Part shown: piece after piece, positions 28,140 through 28,317 of the stretch
Numbering within the stretch: position 1 is the stretch's first letter
How the letters are laid out: the number at the start of each line of letters is the position of its first letter
From: Fidelibacterota bacterium
GTDB taxonomy: Bacteria; Fidelibacterota; Marinisomatia; Marinisomatales; UBA2128
DNA: 28,317 nt
Reading direction: 5' to 3'
Assembly: GCA_046861645.1 (NCBI GenBank)
Contig: JBHHUM010000025.1
Location: 1-28,317 of the forward strand
Notes under the pieces: generated by a model
Database searches by the model: none
What the model saw: the letters and a program-made list of their open reading frames with translations, nothing else
What the model was told of the DNA's origin: nothing
Position numbers and translations under genes: made by a program

Positions 28140-28317
28140 AAACAAAAGTTAAGTGAGTTATGGAGTTTTCCCTAATATCAGGAAGTAAAAAGGAAGAAGT
28201 AATGAAATGCAAATGAAATACTATATGTAGGAGAGTTTGGGAGCTGAGGTGCTGGGGAGACCTAATAAGTCAGGATGTACGGAGGGTCCTAAGACGCCGC
28301 CTATCTCCCTTACTCCT

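Overview
Mostly housekeeping and envelope DNA from a Gram-negative bacterium. A T9SS/FlgD-like C-terminal sorting domain, many lipoproteins and the gene set suggest the FCB superphylum, possibly Marinimicrobia-like (inference). Recognisable genes are comM, ispG, grxC, rlmN, a cold-shock protein, tRNA-Met(CAT), pepA, acs and a single-chain 5-oxoprolinase/hydantoinase, interspersed with exported hypothetical proteins. Five observations stand out. (1) At the left edge, an archaeal-type tyrosine-recombinase gene loses its family pattern at the comM stop codon, just before the catalytic Arg; this is a candidate split integrase/att junction. (2) A co-oriented extracytoplasmic cluster encodes an Ig/CARDB lipoprotein, an SH3-TM-Ig-caspase (C14), a DUF4384 lipoprotein and an LPP20 lipoprotein. 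(3) An exported TPR protein carries a histone-H1-like SPKK/Lys-rich segment. (4) A 61-aa CPxC..CxCG microprotein sits behind a near-consensus sigma70 promoter. (5) Several intergenic regions hold periodic repeat hairpins. No CRISPR array, rRNA or intact IS was seen. All family calls come from motif recognition by eye, not from database searches.
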